DNA of 64,000 nucleotides from Pseudomonadales bacterium (GCA_036960375.1 JBALVY010000011.1:69290-133289), one strand, 5' to 3'; shown: positions 10,205 through 18,806, numbered from the stretch's first letter. A program made the numbers and translations. Notes: a model not told the origin generated them from the letters alone.

Positions 10205-10828
10205 TTACGCCGCCAGGCCTACCGCTGTGGCCTGCATGGGCACAAAACCTGGTAGCTGCTCAATACGCTGTAACCAAGCCCGAATATGAGCGTAGTTTTC
10301 CAACGACACATCACCTTCAGGGGCATGGGCTATATAGGCGTAGTTGGCAACATCCGCGAGGGTGGGTTTATCCGTCGCCAACCAATTGCGACCTTCAAGA
10401 TGCGCATCAATATTACTCAAGAAATCGTGGGAAGCACTAATAGCTGCCTGATGATCCAAACCCGCACCGAAGACATTAACCAAGCGAGCAGCCGCGGGGC
10501 CGTAAGCCACTTTACCAGCCGCAAAAGATAAAAAGCGTTGCACTTCGGCCGCACCTAGAGCGTCCTCCGGCAACCATTGGCGAGTAGCATCATACTTCGA
10601 TGCCAGGTAAATCAGGATGGCGTTGGAATCTGACAGCGTAGTGTCGCTATCCTCCAAAACCGGTACCTGACCAAAACGATTTTTTTGCAAAAACTCTGTA
10701 TTTTTTTGCGCGCCAGCAGCAAGGTCGACGTCGATAATATCAGCACCTAGCCCAAGAATGGATAAGAGCAGCTGTACACGATGTGAGTGGCCGGATAGTG
10801 CGTGACGGTAAAGTTTTATGGTAGACAT
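10205..10828 (-). CDS. Glutathione S-transferase family protein
   Basis: LSGHSHRV, GQVPVLED, DSNAILIYLA, TLADVANY. Confidence 0.93.
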   Translation of the reverse strand: MSTIKLYRHALSGHSHRVQLLLSILGLGADIIDVDLAAGAQKNTEFLQKNRFGQVPVLEDSDTTLSDSNAILIYLASKYDATRQWLPEDALGAAEVQRFLSFAAGKVAYGPAAARLVNVFGAGLDHQAAISASHDFLSNIDAHLEGRNWLATDKPTLADVANYAYIAHAPEGDVSLENYAHIRAWLQRIEQLPGFVPMQATAVGLAA

Positions 10829-10911
10829 GGTATTTTCCTTTTAGTAGTTACTGTGTGTTAACGGTTAAAAACTATCTTGAAATATAAAAAAGTTGAATCA
10901 AAATTCTTAAG

Positions 10912-11322
10912 TCATAAAACGCGGCGTTCATTTTCATTAATACTCTGCTCATTGATACTGGCATCGCGATTTTGCATCAGGCCCTCAGCATCGAAGTCCC
11001 AGTTCTCGTTTCCGTAGGCGCGAAACCACTGACCACTGTCGTCGTGGTATTCATACTCAAAGTGCACTGCGATGCGATTTCCGGCAAAGGTAAACAATTC
11101 TTTTTTCAGACGGTAATCGAGTTCTCGCTGCCACTTGCGGGTCAGTAACTGGGCGATGGCCTCCCTGCCCTCTACAAACTCACTTCGGTTTCGCCATTCC
11201 GAATTTTTGGTATAAGCCAGTACAATAAGGCTCGGGTCTTTTCCATTCCACAGGTCTTCGGCGCGCTGGACTTTCAGCTTTGCCGTCTCCAGGTTGAAAG
11301 GAGGTTTAAGTTGTTCGCTCAT
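10912..11322 (-). CDS. DUF1348 / NTF2-like (SnoaL-like) protein
   Basis: KVQRAEDLWN, WRNRSEF, KWQRELDYRLKKEL, WFRAYGNENW signature segments. Confidence 0.9.
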   Translation of the reverse strand: MSEQLKPPFNLETAKLKVQRAEDLWNGKDPSLIVLAYTKNSEWRNRSEFVEGREAIAQLLTRKWQRELDYRLKKELFTFAGNRIAVHFEYEYHDDSGQWFRAYGNENWDFDAEGLMQNRDASINEQSINENERRVL

Positions 11323-11351
11323 TGGCTTGCTCCGTGACAAGGGCGTTAATG

Positions 11352-11367
11352 GACACCGATCGGTTTA
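11352..11367. promoter_or_regulatory. Putative TetR operator O2 (GACACCGATCGGTTTA)
   Basis: 14/16 match to the perfect palindrome 29 bp away; lies just downstream of the predicted DUF1348 transcription start. Confidence 0.75.
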
Positions 11368-11376
11368 CTTGAAACA

Positions 11377-11405
11377 AAGATACACCGATCGGTGTACCTT
11401 GTCAA
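11377..11405 (-). promoter_or_regulatory. sigma70 promoter of the DUF1348 gene with operator O1 (perfect palindrome TACACCGATCGGTGTA, 11381-11396) over the spacer
   Basis: Minus strand: TTGACA (11405-11400), 17 nt spacer, TATCTT (11382-11377); the 16-bp perfect palindrome spans the spacer and the edge of the -10. Confidence 0.82.
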
Positions 11406-11529
11406 AGACTTTTTCCTATTTATTTACAAAGTACTTTTATATCAGTGTATTAGAGCTAATATAAAACCAGGCAATAGTTTTAATTGAGGTAAAAATCGGC
11501 TTAATATAGTATTACTTACGACTTAATAG

Positions 11530-11545
11530 TAAACTCATCGGTTAA
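11530..11545. promoter_or_regulatory. Possible degenerate third operator upstream of tetR (TAAACTCATCGGTTAA)
   Basis: 11/16 match to O1, 25 bp before the tetR ATG; position fits autorepression. Confidence 0.45.
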
Positions 11546-11570
11546 GATTCGATATCCGCAGGGGAGTACC

Positions 11571-12146
11571 ATGCCGGCACTATCAAAACGAGACATCATT
11601 GTCGCTACAGCGCTTAAGCTGTTTTATCGGCATGGCTTTAATGCCACCGGCGTTGAGCGCATTATTAAAGAAGCAGGCGTTTCAAAGAAAACCCTCTACA
11701 ACCATTTTAAATCCAAAGATGAGTTAGTACTGGCGACACTGCGACAGCGCGACGAATTATTCAGGAATAATTTAATGCGCGAGACAGAACGCCTTGGTGA
11801 CACCGCACGGGAAAGACTGCTGAGTGTTTTTGATGTTCACCACCAGTGGTTCCAACAAAAAGATTTTTCAGGCTGCATGTTTATTAATGCTGCTGCAGAG
11901 TTTTCTTCCCATCAAAATCCCAACCATATACTCAGCGCGGAGCATAAACGACTGGTTCGCCATTACATTCGCGGCCTAGCCGAGCAAGCTGGTGCAAACA
12001 ATGCTGAAACGCTATCAAAACAGTTGAATTTACTCTTGGAAGGGGCAATTGTTGACGCCTATGTTAGTGGTAATAGCGAAGCAGCAATAATAGCGAAGGC
12101 TATGGCGTCAGTGTTTATCGAAAAAGCTCTTGCCAGGGTTCACTAG
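11571..12146 (+). CDS. TetR/AcrR regulator, NemR-like
   Basis: HTH GFNATGVERIIKEAGVSKKTLYNHFKSKDEL; C-terminal SGCMFINAAAE. Confidence 0.92.
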   Translation: MPALSKRDIIVATALKLFYRHGFNATGVERIIKEAGVSKKTLYNHFKSKDELVLATLRQRDELFRNNLMRETERLGDTARERLLSVFDVHHQWFQQKDFSGCMFINAAAEFSSHQNPNHILSAEHKRLVRHYIRGLAEQAGANNAETLSKQLNLLLEGAIVDAYVSGNSEAAIIAKAMASVFIEKALARVH

Positions 12147-12293
12147 ACTGTCGAGCTCTGAAGGCCGATGGAAATTGGATAAAGGTATCAAGGGTGACTT
12201 ATGGGCCATCCATGGTAGCGGTATTTACGGAGTCTAAGTACCAGCTAGCACCCAAGTAAATGTCGGAAACCCACGCTGAATGGTATGTGAAAT

Positions 12294-13217
12294 ATGTCTA
12301 AAAATCCAAACATGTACTTGGATAATCCGGATGCGCTTAGCTCGGTGCTGTCTAAGCTTCAACTAAATGCCCAGGTATACAGTGACGGCGATTTCTGTGG
12401 CGCCTGGGCAGTAGATACCTCGGGCAGCCGGCGTATACCTTTTCACCTTATTGGCCGGGGCGAGGCCTGGCTGCATATGGATGACAGGCCTACCCAGATG
12501 TTGTCTTCGGGAGATCTGGTGATTTTCCCCGGAGATAAACAGCATGTAATCGCCAGCTCCAGCGAGAAGCCACCGCAAGGCTTGATCAATTCAGAAGTTC
12601 CCATCAATCAGAAGCCGATGACCAATCTGGTGTGCGGTTTTTTTGAATTTAAAAACAAGTCGGCCTGGCCTCTGCTGGATTCGCTGGCGGCGGTCATTGT
12701 TATCGATTTGAGCGATATGAACATATCATCCGTCATCCGAGGTTTGATCGACCTGATGGTGGCTGAACTCGATAGGCGTGCACCAGGATTTTATACGGTC
12801 ATTAATCATCTGGCCTATTTATTGTTTGTCGAGGTGCTACGCCTGCAGATTCAACAAGGGAAGGTAGATTCCGGTTTGCTGGCGGCCCTGTTCGACAGCA
12901 AAATCAGTAGAGCACTGAGTGCAATGCACAGTTACCCAGGGCGGCGCTGGACCTTGGAATCACTTGCGGCGGAGGCTGCCATGGGGCGATCTTCTTTTGC
13001 CCACCAGTTCAATGAATTAACCGGAATACCGCCAATGCAATACCTGACGTCCTGGCGGATGCAGGAGGCAAAGACGCTATTGCAGACAACTACGCTGTCA
13101 TTGGCTCACATTGCAGAACAATGCGGTTATGAGTCTGAGGTGGCGTTCAGGAAAGCCTTTAAAAAAACGGTTGGTACACCGCCAGGAGCGGTGCGAAGGC
13201 GAAAAATCCAGATATGA
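12294..13217 (+). CDS. AraC-family regulator with N-terminal cupin (RclR-like architecture)
   Basis: DALSSVL start, FHLI..GEAWL, GDLVIFP, LVCG; WTLESLA..AAMGRSSFA, CGYESEVAFRKAFKK. Confidence 0.9.
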   Translation: MSKNPNMYLDNPDALSSVLSKLQLNAQVYSDGDFCGAWAVDTSGSRRIPFHLIGRGEAWLHMDDRPTQMLSSGDLVIFPGDKQHVIASSSEKPPQGLINSEVPINQKPMTNLVCGFFEFKNKSAWPLLDSLAAVIVIDLSDMNISSVIRGLIDLMVAELDRRAPGFYTVINHLAYLLFVEVLRLQIQQGKVDSGLLAALFDSKISRALSAMHSYPGRRWTLESLAAEAAMGRSSFAHQFNELTGIPPMQYLTSWRMQEAKTLLQTTTLSLAHIAEQCGYESEVAFRKAFKKTVGTPPGAVRRRKIQI

Positions 13218-13249
13218 TAAGCCAGCCATTCCGTCACTTTAAATACTAT

Positions 13250-13984
13250 CTACTCACCGGCGAGCGTCATGGCTGTCTCGAGTTCTTCCTCTTCAAAATC
13301 CCAATCAGAATCAAAGTCACTGAAGGTATCCTCTGATCGGCCATCGTTTACCAGCAATTCACGGCGCTGCAAATAAACCTCACGGATAAACGCATATTCA
13401 TCACCAGTGATTAGTTTTTCCGCTTCCAGCAGCGAAGCTCGATCATTGACACCCTCACTTGCCACCAGTGACGAGCGCTCCCAGCCCCCCAGGAATTGCA
13501 GGGGATTGAGCAGTACATCAACAAGCACGCCGGCTGAATCTCTTACCGTACTGGGCCCAATAAAGGGGAGCTCAATATACGCACCCGAATCGACCGACCA
13601 ATATCCCAGTGTCTGGCCAAAATCCTCGTAGTGTTTTTCAAGACCTAGGGCAGGTTTGGCTACATCGAACAACCCACCGACACCCACCGTGGTATTTACC
13701 GCCAACCTTCCGGTATCCGCGGCAGCCCGCTTGAGCTTGAGTTGTAGCAGATCGTTAATGATGACCCTGACATCGTCAATGTTATTAAAGAAACTAGTCA
13801 CACGTCGCTTCACGAAGCCTGGCGTAACGGTGGTGTAGGTCTCGGCTAGTGGCTTGAGAACCGTGGTATCCATGGCCTTGTTGAAACCATGCACAGAGCG
13901 GTTCATTCCAATCAAGGGATCCTGGCCAGCATGCGCAGTTAAGGGTATGGCAAATAACCACACTGCAATCATCACAGCGAACAT
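13250..13984 (-). CDS. MlaA/VacJ family protein (no visible lipobox)
   Basis: DPL..MNR..HGFN, NTTVGVGGLFDVA, EDFGQTLGYW, YIELPFIGPSTVRD. Start uncertain (13984 or 14095). Confidence 0.85.
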   Translation of the reverse strand: MFAVMIAVWLFAIPLTAHAGQDPLIGMNRSVHGFNKAMDTTVLKPLAETYTTVTPGFVKRRVTSFFNNIDDVRVIINDLLQLKLKRAAADTGRLAVNTTVGVGGLFDVAKPALGLEKHYEDFGQTLGYWSVDSGAYIELPFIGPSTVRDSAGVLVDVLLNPLQFLGGWERSSLVASEGVNDRASLLEAEKLITGDEYAFIREVYLQRRELLVNDGRSEDTFSDFDSDWDFEEEELETAMTLAGE

Positions 13985-14200
13985 AAGAAACGTATAGTCA
14001 TTACCAGCTCGGCGTATGGCCGCCCCGGATTCATAGATATCAAATGCCGCCAATGTTGCTGTTGTACTACAGTTCACAGTGCTACTCCTATTCATCGCCT
14101 CAAATTGAGAACAGCACTATAGTCTTCCAGCCAAGGAGTATCTGCGCCAGATCGTCCGTATTATGTGTCTGTTAGTCCATGCATAGCCGGCTTGCTCTCT

Positions 14201-14419
14201 CACGAAAATGTCACGGCGGCAGATGGAAAACTATCAATAGCTGCTCACCAGGAAATGATCAATGGCTATCCTTGTAGCTCCGGAAGGCTAAGAACAAGCG
14301 GTAAATTCGATACGCGGTATGGACGTATAGAGGCGAGTATTCAAGTGCCGGACGGGACCGGGCTTTCGCCGGCTTTCTGGATGTTGCCCACGGGTTCGCA
14401 ATGTGGCGGCTGGGTGGCT
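14201..14419 (+). pseudogene. Internal fragment of a GH16 beta-glucanase (laminarinase-like)
   Basis: ENVTAADGKL...SSGRLRTSGKFDTRYGRIEASIQVPDGTGLSPAFWMLP...GGWVA; homology stops just before the expected EIDIME catalytic motif. Confidence 0.8.
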
Positions 14420-14650
14420 CAAGTATGGCGCCCGATCAATCGGAACGGCGTCCATCAATGGAAGCCCTATAAGCATCGGTTGGACCCGTTAAAAAGGCGC
14501 GCAACTCAAATCTTGATCATGAGTAGCCGCTTATACTGTACAATGTTGCAACGTCGCCCTCACTACAAAAACATCCGACGATGTTTTATTGCTGGGGGTT
14601 TAGCCACTAAATCCTATGTACGGGCGTGAGGCTAGTAATAGATATTAGAA

Positions 14651-15664
14651 ATGGGAATAGACATGAAAGGTTTAGTAGGTATCATACTGATTTTTTTTAG
14701 CATGATGGCTTCGGCTGTAGCTAACGAACCGTGCGGTAAAGTTACCATCGCAGACATGAATTGGAGTTCCGCAACTTTTATTGCTCATGTCGATCAGTTC
14801 ATTCTGCAGCATGGCTACGGTTGTGATGTTGGACTCGTTCCAGGCGATACTATGCCAACCACCATATCGATGATGGAAAAAGGAGAGCCGGACATAGCAC
14901 CGGAACTTTGGGTCAATTCCGCAAGAGATGCAATTGATAAAGCGGTTGCTGATAAGCTCTTGAGAATTGCTGGAAGCTCATTGTCTGACGGAGGCGAAGA
15001 GGGTTTTTGGGTGCCGGAATATATGGTCAATAAGGACCCAAGTATCGCGACTATCTCAGGTGTGATGGCCAATGCCAAATTGTTTAAACACCCGGAAGAT
15101 CGATCAAAATCGGGCTTCTTCGGGTGTCCCGCTGGTTGGAACTGCCAAATTAGCGCTGAGCATCTTTTCGAGGCATTAAAATTGGCAGACGCCGGGTTTG
15201 AATTAGTGGATCCGGGTTCAAGCGCTGGCCTTGCAGGATCTCTTGCAAAAGCCTATGAGCGCGGTGAAGGTTGGTTTGGTTACTATTGGGCTCCGACCGC
15301 GGTTTTAGGTAAATACAAAATGGTAAAGGTTGATTTTGGTTCCGGAATAGATTTCGACCATTTTACGAGCTGTACGACACAGGAAGAATGTGAAGATCCT
15401 AGAGTAACAATGTATCCCCCGTCTCCTGTCCATACGGTTACGACTGAAGCTTTTGCATCCAAATTACCCGCCGTTTTTGAATACTTATCAAAACGCTCTT
15501 TTACCAATGCTCAGATGAACACTTTGCTCGCCTGGATGGAAGATAATCAAGCTGAGGGGGATATCATAATGGAAGAGTTTCTTAATAATCATGAGTCCAC
15601 TTGGACTCTTTGGGTCTCATCCGAAGTCGCGACGAAAGTCAAAAAGGCACTTGCAGAGTTGTAG
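14651..15664 (+). CDS. proX: Glycine betaine/proline ABC transporter substrate-binding protein
   Basis: Signal peptide, MNWSSA, PELW, EGFWVP, GCPAGWNC, GYYWAPT; start may be 14663. Confidence 0.85.
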   Translation: MGIDMKGLVGIILIFFSMMASAVANEPCGKVTIADMNWSSATFIAHVDQFILQHGYGCDVGLVPGDTMPTTISMMEKGEPDIAPELWVNSARDAIDKAVADKLLRIAGSSLSDGGEEGFWVPEYMVNKDPSIATISGVMANAKLFKHPEDRSKSGFFGCPAGWNCQISAEHLFEALKLADAGFELVDPGSSAGLAGSLAKAYERGEGWFGYYWAPTAVLGKYKMVKVDFGSGIDFDHFTSCTTQEECEDPRVTMYPPSPVHTVTTEAFASKLPAVFEYLSKRSFTNAQMNTLLAWMEDNQAEGDIIMEEFLNNHESTWTLWVSSEVATKVKKALAEL

Positions 15665-15738
15665 AGAAGTCAGCCAGGAATAATGTATCGATATCTTTTG
15701 TTTTTGATTTGTCACAAGAAAACCAGCGGAGCACCAGT

Positions 15739-16635
15739 ATGGCTAAAGAATCCTGGCTAACGAAATTTCCCGCAATGGATCGCCAAGACCTGACCGCAAT
15801 TAAGAAAAGCCTCGATGGGGCTTATCGGGAATTTTCTCGTAATTATGGCGAGCTTATCGAGTCCTTTTTCGATCCGCTTCTTTATTTTCTTGTTTGGTTT
15901 GAAAAACTATTGTTAGAAACGCCGTGGTGGATTGTTATTATCGTTGTCACTGGCATTGTTCACCTCTCAGCTCGATCTGTAAAACTCTCGGTTGGCGTCG
16001 TTATCGCTTTATGCCTTATTGGATATTTTGGTATGTGGGACAATACCATGCGTACCTTGAGTATTATTACGGTTTGCACGCTCGTATCCATCGCTCTCGG
16101 AATTCCCATTGGTATAATGATGGCTCGCTCAAATCGGGTGCAATCTATTGTTAATCCCATTCTCGATATAATGCAAACCATGCCTGCCTTTGTTTATCTC
16201 ATTCCGGTAGTCATGCTGTTGGGCATCGGTAAGATTCCGGGTGTTATTGCAGTGGTAATTTATGCTATTCCACCGGTCATCAGATTGACCAATCTTGGTA
16301 TTCGGTTAGTCGATCCGGAGGTGCTAGAAGCGGCGACTGCTTATGGCGCGAATAAGTCGCAACGCCTGTGGGGTGTGCAATTACCGCTGGCAATGCCTAC
16401 GATTATGGCGGGCGTCAACCAGACGATCATGATGGCATTGGCAATGGTTGTTGTCGCTTCAATGATAGGCGTAAAGGGGCTCGGGCAGCCAGTTCTTAAG
16501 TCAATTACGAATCAGTATTTTACCTTGGGTTTATTTAATGGACTTGCCATAGTTGCGTTAGCCATCATCTTTGACAGGGTTTCACAAGCCTATGCAAAAA
16601 GAACGCAAAGACATATGGAAGGCACCCATTCATGA
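15739..16635 (+). CDS. proW: Glycine betaine/proline ABC transporter permease
   Basis: PILDIMQTMPAFVYLIP, IRLTNLGIR, EAATAYGA, GVNQTIMMAL; start at MAKESW. Confidence 0.9.
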   Translation: MAKESWLTKFPAMDRQDLTAIKKSLDGAYREFSRNYGELIESFFDPLLYFLVWFEKLLLETPWWIVIIVVTGIVHLSARSVKLSVGVVIALCLIGYFGMWDNTMRTLSIITVCTLVSIALGIPIGIMMARSNRVQSIVNPILDIMQTMPAFVYLIPVVMLLGIGKIPGVIAVVIYAIPPVIRLTNLGIRLVDPEVLEAATAYGANKSQRLWGVQLPLAMPTIMAGVNQTIMMALAMVVVASMIGVKGLGQPVLKSITNQYFTLGLFNGLAIVALAIIFDRVSQAYAKRTQRHMEGTHS

Positions 16636-17819
16636 CCGATCCACTAATCCGTATTGAAGGACTGTATAAAATCTTTGGCAAGAGCCCAAAAACCATTGTT
16701 CCGCTAGTAAAGTCCGGCAAACACAAAGATGAAATTCTTGCTGAAACGGCTCATACAGTTGGACTAAAGGATATTAATCTAAGCATCGAAGCTGGAAAAA
16801 TTTATGTCATTATGGGTTTGTCCGGATCGGGGAAGTCGACCCTTATTCGCCACCTAAACCGTCTGATTGATCCAACAGAAGGCCGCATTATTGTTGACGG
16901 AACTGATGTCATGCAGTTGTCACAGGCAGAACTGGAGGACTTTCGTAAACACAAAATGTCGATGGTGTTTCAGCGTTTTGGTTTAATGCCTCATCGCACA
17001 GTACTTGAAAATGTAGCCTACGGATTAACAGTGCAACGCGTTGACAAAAAGGAACGAGAAAGCAAAGCTATGCAATGGTTGGCGACGGTTGGGCTTACTG
17101 GCTATGAAAATCAATACCCGTCACAGCTGTCCGGTGGTCAACAGCAGAGAGTGGGTCTTGCCCGTGCTCTGTGCACTGACGCTGATATACTTCTCATGGA
17201 CGAGGCATTCTCAGCTCTTGACCCGCTGATCCGAAGCGAAATGCAAGATCAGTTAATTGAGTTACAAGAAAAGCTACGCAAAACCATTGTTTTCATTACT
17301 CACGATTTGGATGAAGCTCTACGTTTGGGTGATCGCATTGCCATATTGAAAGACGGAGAACTCGTCCAGGAAGGGACCCCCGGAGAAATCCTGCTGTCGC
17401 CGGCTGACGACTATGTTGCGGCATTTGTTAAAGGTGTCAATCGGGCTCGCGCGCTCACGGTAAAAAACATTATGCAATCATCGGCTGATAGAATCACTGC
17501 TCCAACTATCGGGGAGGCTCTTTCGCAAATGAAGCAGTTCTCTAACAACTATGGCTATGTTGTTAATAGTGATGGCTATCAGGGCATTGTCCTTCAAACG
17601 ACGCTTGAGAACGCGGCTCAAACGAATTCGAAAGGAGAGCTCGGCCAAGAATTTATGGAAAACGTGAATGCTATCTCACCAGATTCTCTGCTCGAAGAAA
17701 TTATTCCCGAGACACTTGAAGCCAATTACCCACTTCCCGTCGTCGGAAAAAAAGGCGATCTGCAAGGCCAGTTACCTCGTTCTTCACTTGCCAAAGTATT
17801 GGGTTCGAATCGTAGTTAA
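16632..17819 (+). CDS. proV: Glycine betaine/proline ABC transporter ATPase with degenerate CBS pair
   Basis: GLSGSGKS, LSGGQQQRVGLARAL, LLMDEAFSALDPLIR. Confidence 0.92.
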   Translation: MTDPLIRIEGLYKIFGKSPKTIVPLVKSGKHKDEILAETAHTVGLKDINLSIEAGKIYVIMGLSGSGKSTLIRHLNRLIDPTEGRIIVDGTDVMQLSQAELEDFRKHKMSMVFQRFGLMPHRTVLENVAYGLTVQRVDKKERESKAMQWLATVGLTGYENQYPSQLSGGQQQRVGLARALCTDADILLMDEAFSALDPLIRSEMQDQLIELQEKLRKTIVFITHDLDEALRLGDRIAILKDGELVQEGTPGEILLSPADDYVAAFVKGVNRARALTVKNIMQSSADRITAPTIGEALSQMKQFSNNYGYVVNSDGYQGIVLQTTLENAAQTNSKGELGQEFMENVNAISPDSLLEEIIPETLEANYPLPVVGKKGDLQGQLPRSSLAKVLGSNRS

Positions 17820-17859
17820 ACCATCCATAGTCAAATGATCCTATTCAGTTTCCTGCATA

Positions 17860-17976
17860 TTGGCGACGGGAGAGGCCTGGCTGCCGCTAAGCTATACTCG
17901 CAAATCACTTGAGCGAATCCATCATGCGTTGCTGGATATCGATTCAATGGCTTCAATTAGCAAGGCCATTGCCCGC
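17860..17976 (+). pseudogene. Orphan diverged copy of the phosphotransferase 3' end (right direct repeat)
   Basis: Encodes LATGEAWLPLSYTRKSLERIHHALLDIDSMASISKAIAR. Over 17869-17976 vs 4201-4308: 18/108 nt differences, 32/36 aa identical, 13 synonymous and 4 non-synonymous codon changes (hand count). Confidence 0.92.
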
Positions 17977-17998
17977 CAAACCATTTCTAATCGAATTA

Positions 17999-18709
17999 TC
18001 AGATAACTGTACGATCTTCTACGACTGAATTTGTTTCAAATCGATAACGCATATTTCGATAGACACAGACATCAGTTACATTTTCCGGCACACCCTTAGG
18101 CATACAACGATAATTAGTCGAAACACGATAGTGATCTTTTACCGGTAACACACGATGCCATGTGTGCCCGTGTATTAGTAATAGCGTGCCTTGTTGTGGG
18201 AAAATCACCAGTTGATCGTGTAAATCCTCATCGACTTTGCCCGCAGTAATTGCTCCGCGCCGATGCGATCCTGGTACTACTAAAACCTGACCACCAATTA
18301 TATCGGTGATGTGGTGAGTATACATAAGGCGATTCATGTTAAATTGGCTTGTGTCTTCTGGCGGACAATCCTGATGCCACGCCTGCCCCTTTGAGTTAGG
18401 TTTAGAATACATTGACATACAATAAAGACTGCGCCAGCCTTCACCCAGAATTGCTTCCGTAAGTAAAAACAGACGCGGATCATTTTCACCTTCATCAAAA
18501 GCATTCACGCCTTCATGCTGAGGAAACCAAGGAATCACCTCGGTCGCAGATTTTTTCAAGAACTCTTCATTGTGGCAAAATTCAGGATTATATCCAAAAT
18601 GGTCAAGAATAAGTTGGTGGTATTTTTCTGACAATTCAACTGAAAAGAAATCTTCCAGAAGTAAATAACCTTGATCCCAGAACGTCTTTGCCAAATCAAT
18701 ATAATTCAT
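17999..18709 (-). CDS. PhyH-family Fe(II)/2-oxoglutarate dioxygenase
   Basis: FWDQGYLLLEDFFS start, WHQD, VVPGSH, distal TWHR and RVS. Confidence 0.85.
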   Translation of the reverse strand: MNYIDLAKTFWDQGYLLLEDFFSVELSEKYHQLILDHFGYNPEFCHNEEFLKKSATEVIPWFPQHEGVNAFDEGENDPRLFLLTEAILGEGWRSLYCMSMYSKPNSKGQAWHQDCPPEDTSQFNMNRLMYTHHITDIIGGQVLVVPGSHRRGAITAGKVDEDLHDQLVIFPQQGTLLLIHGHTWHRVLPVKDHYRVSTNYRCMPKGVPENVTDVCVYRNMRYRFETNSVVEDRTVI

Positions 18710-18806
18710 AATTTCCTAAATTGTAGCTTGTTGGCGTAGTCTCACGTCCAGTGAAGTCAAAAAGTTAAAATCAGAAGTATAGGAAGGGTTACTAGCCATC
18801 CTTAAT

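Noticed and set aside
4312-17859. Looked for an integrase, transposase or inverted-repeat IS ends in the island
   Set aside because: No ORF shows tyrosine or serine recombinase or DDE motifs. A short KYGARSI frame near 14420 resembles IS3 YGxRRI only superficially.
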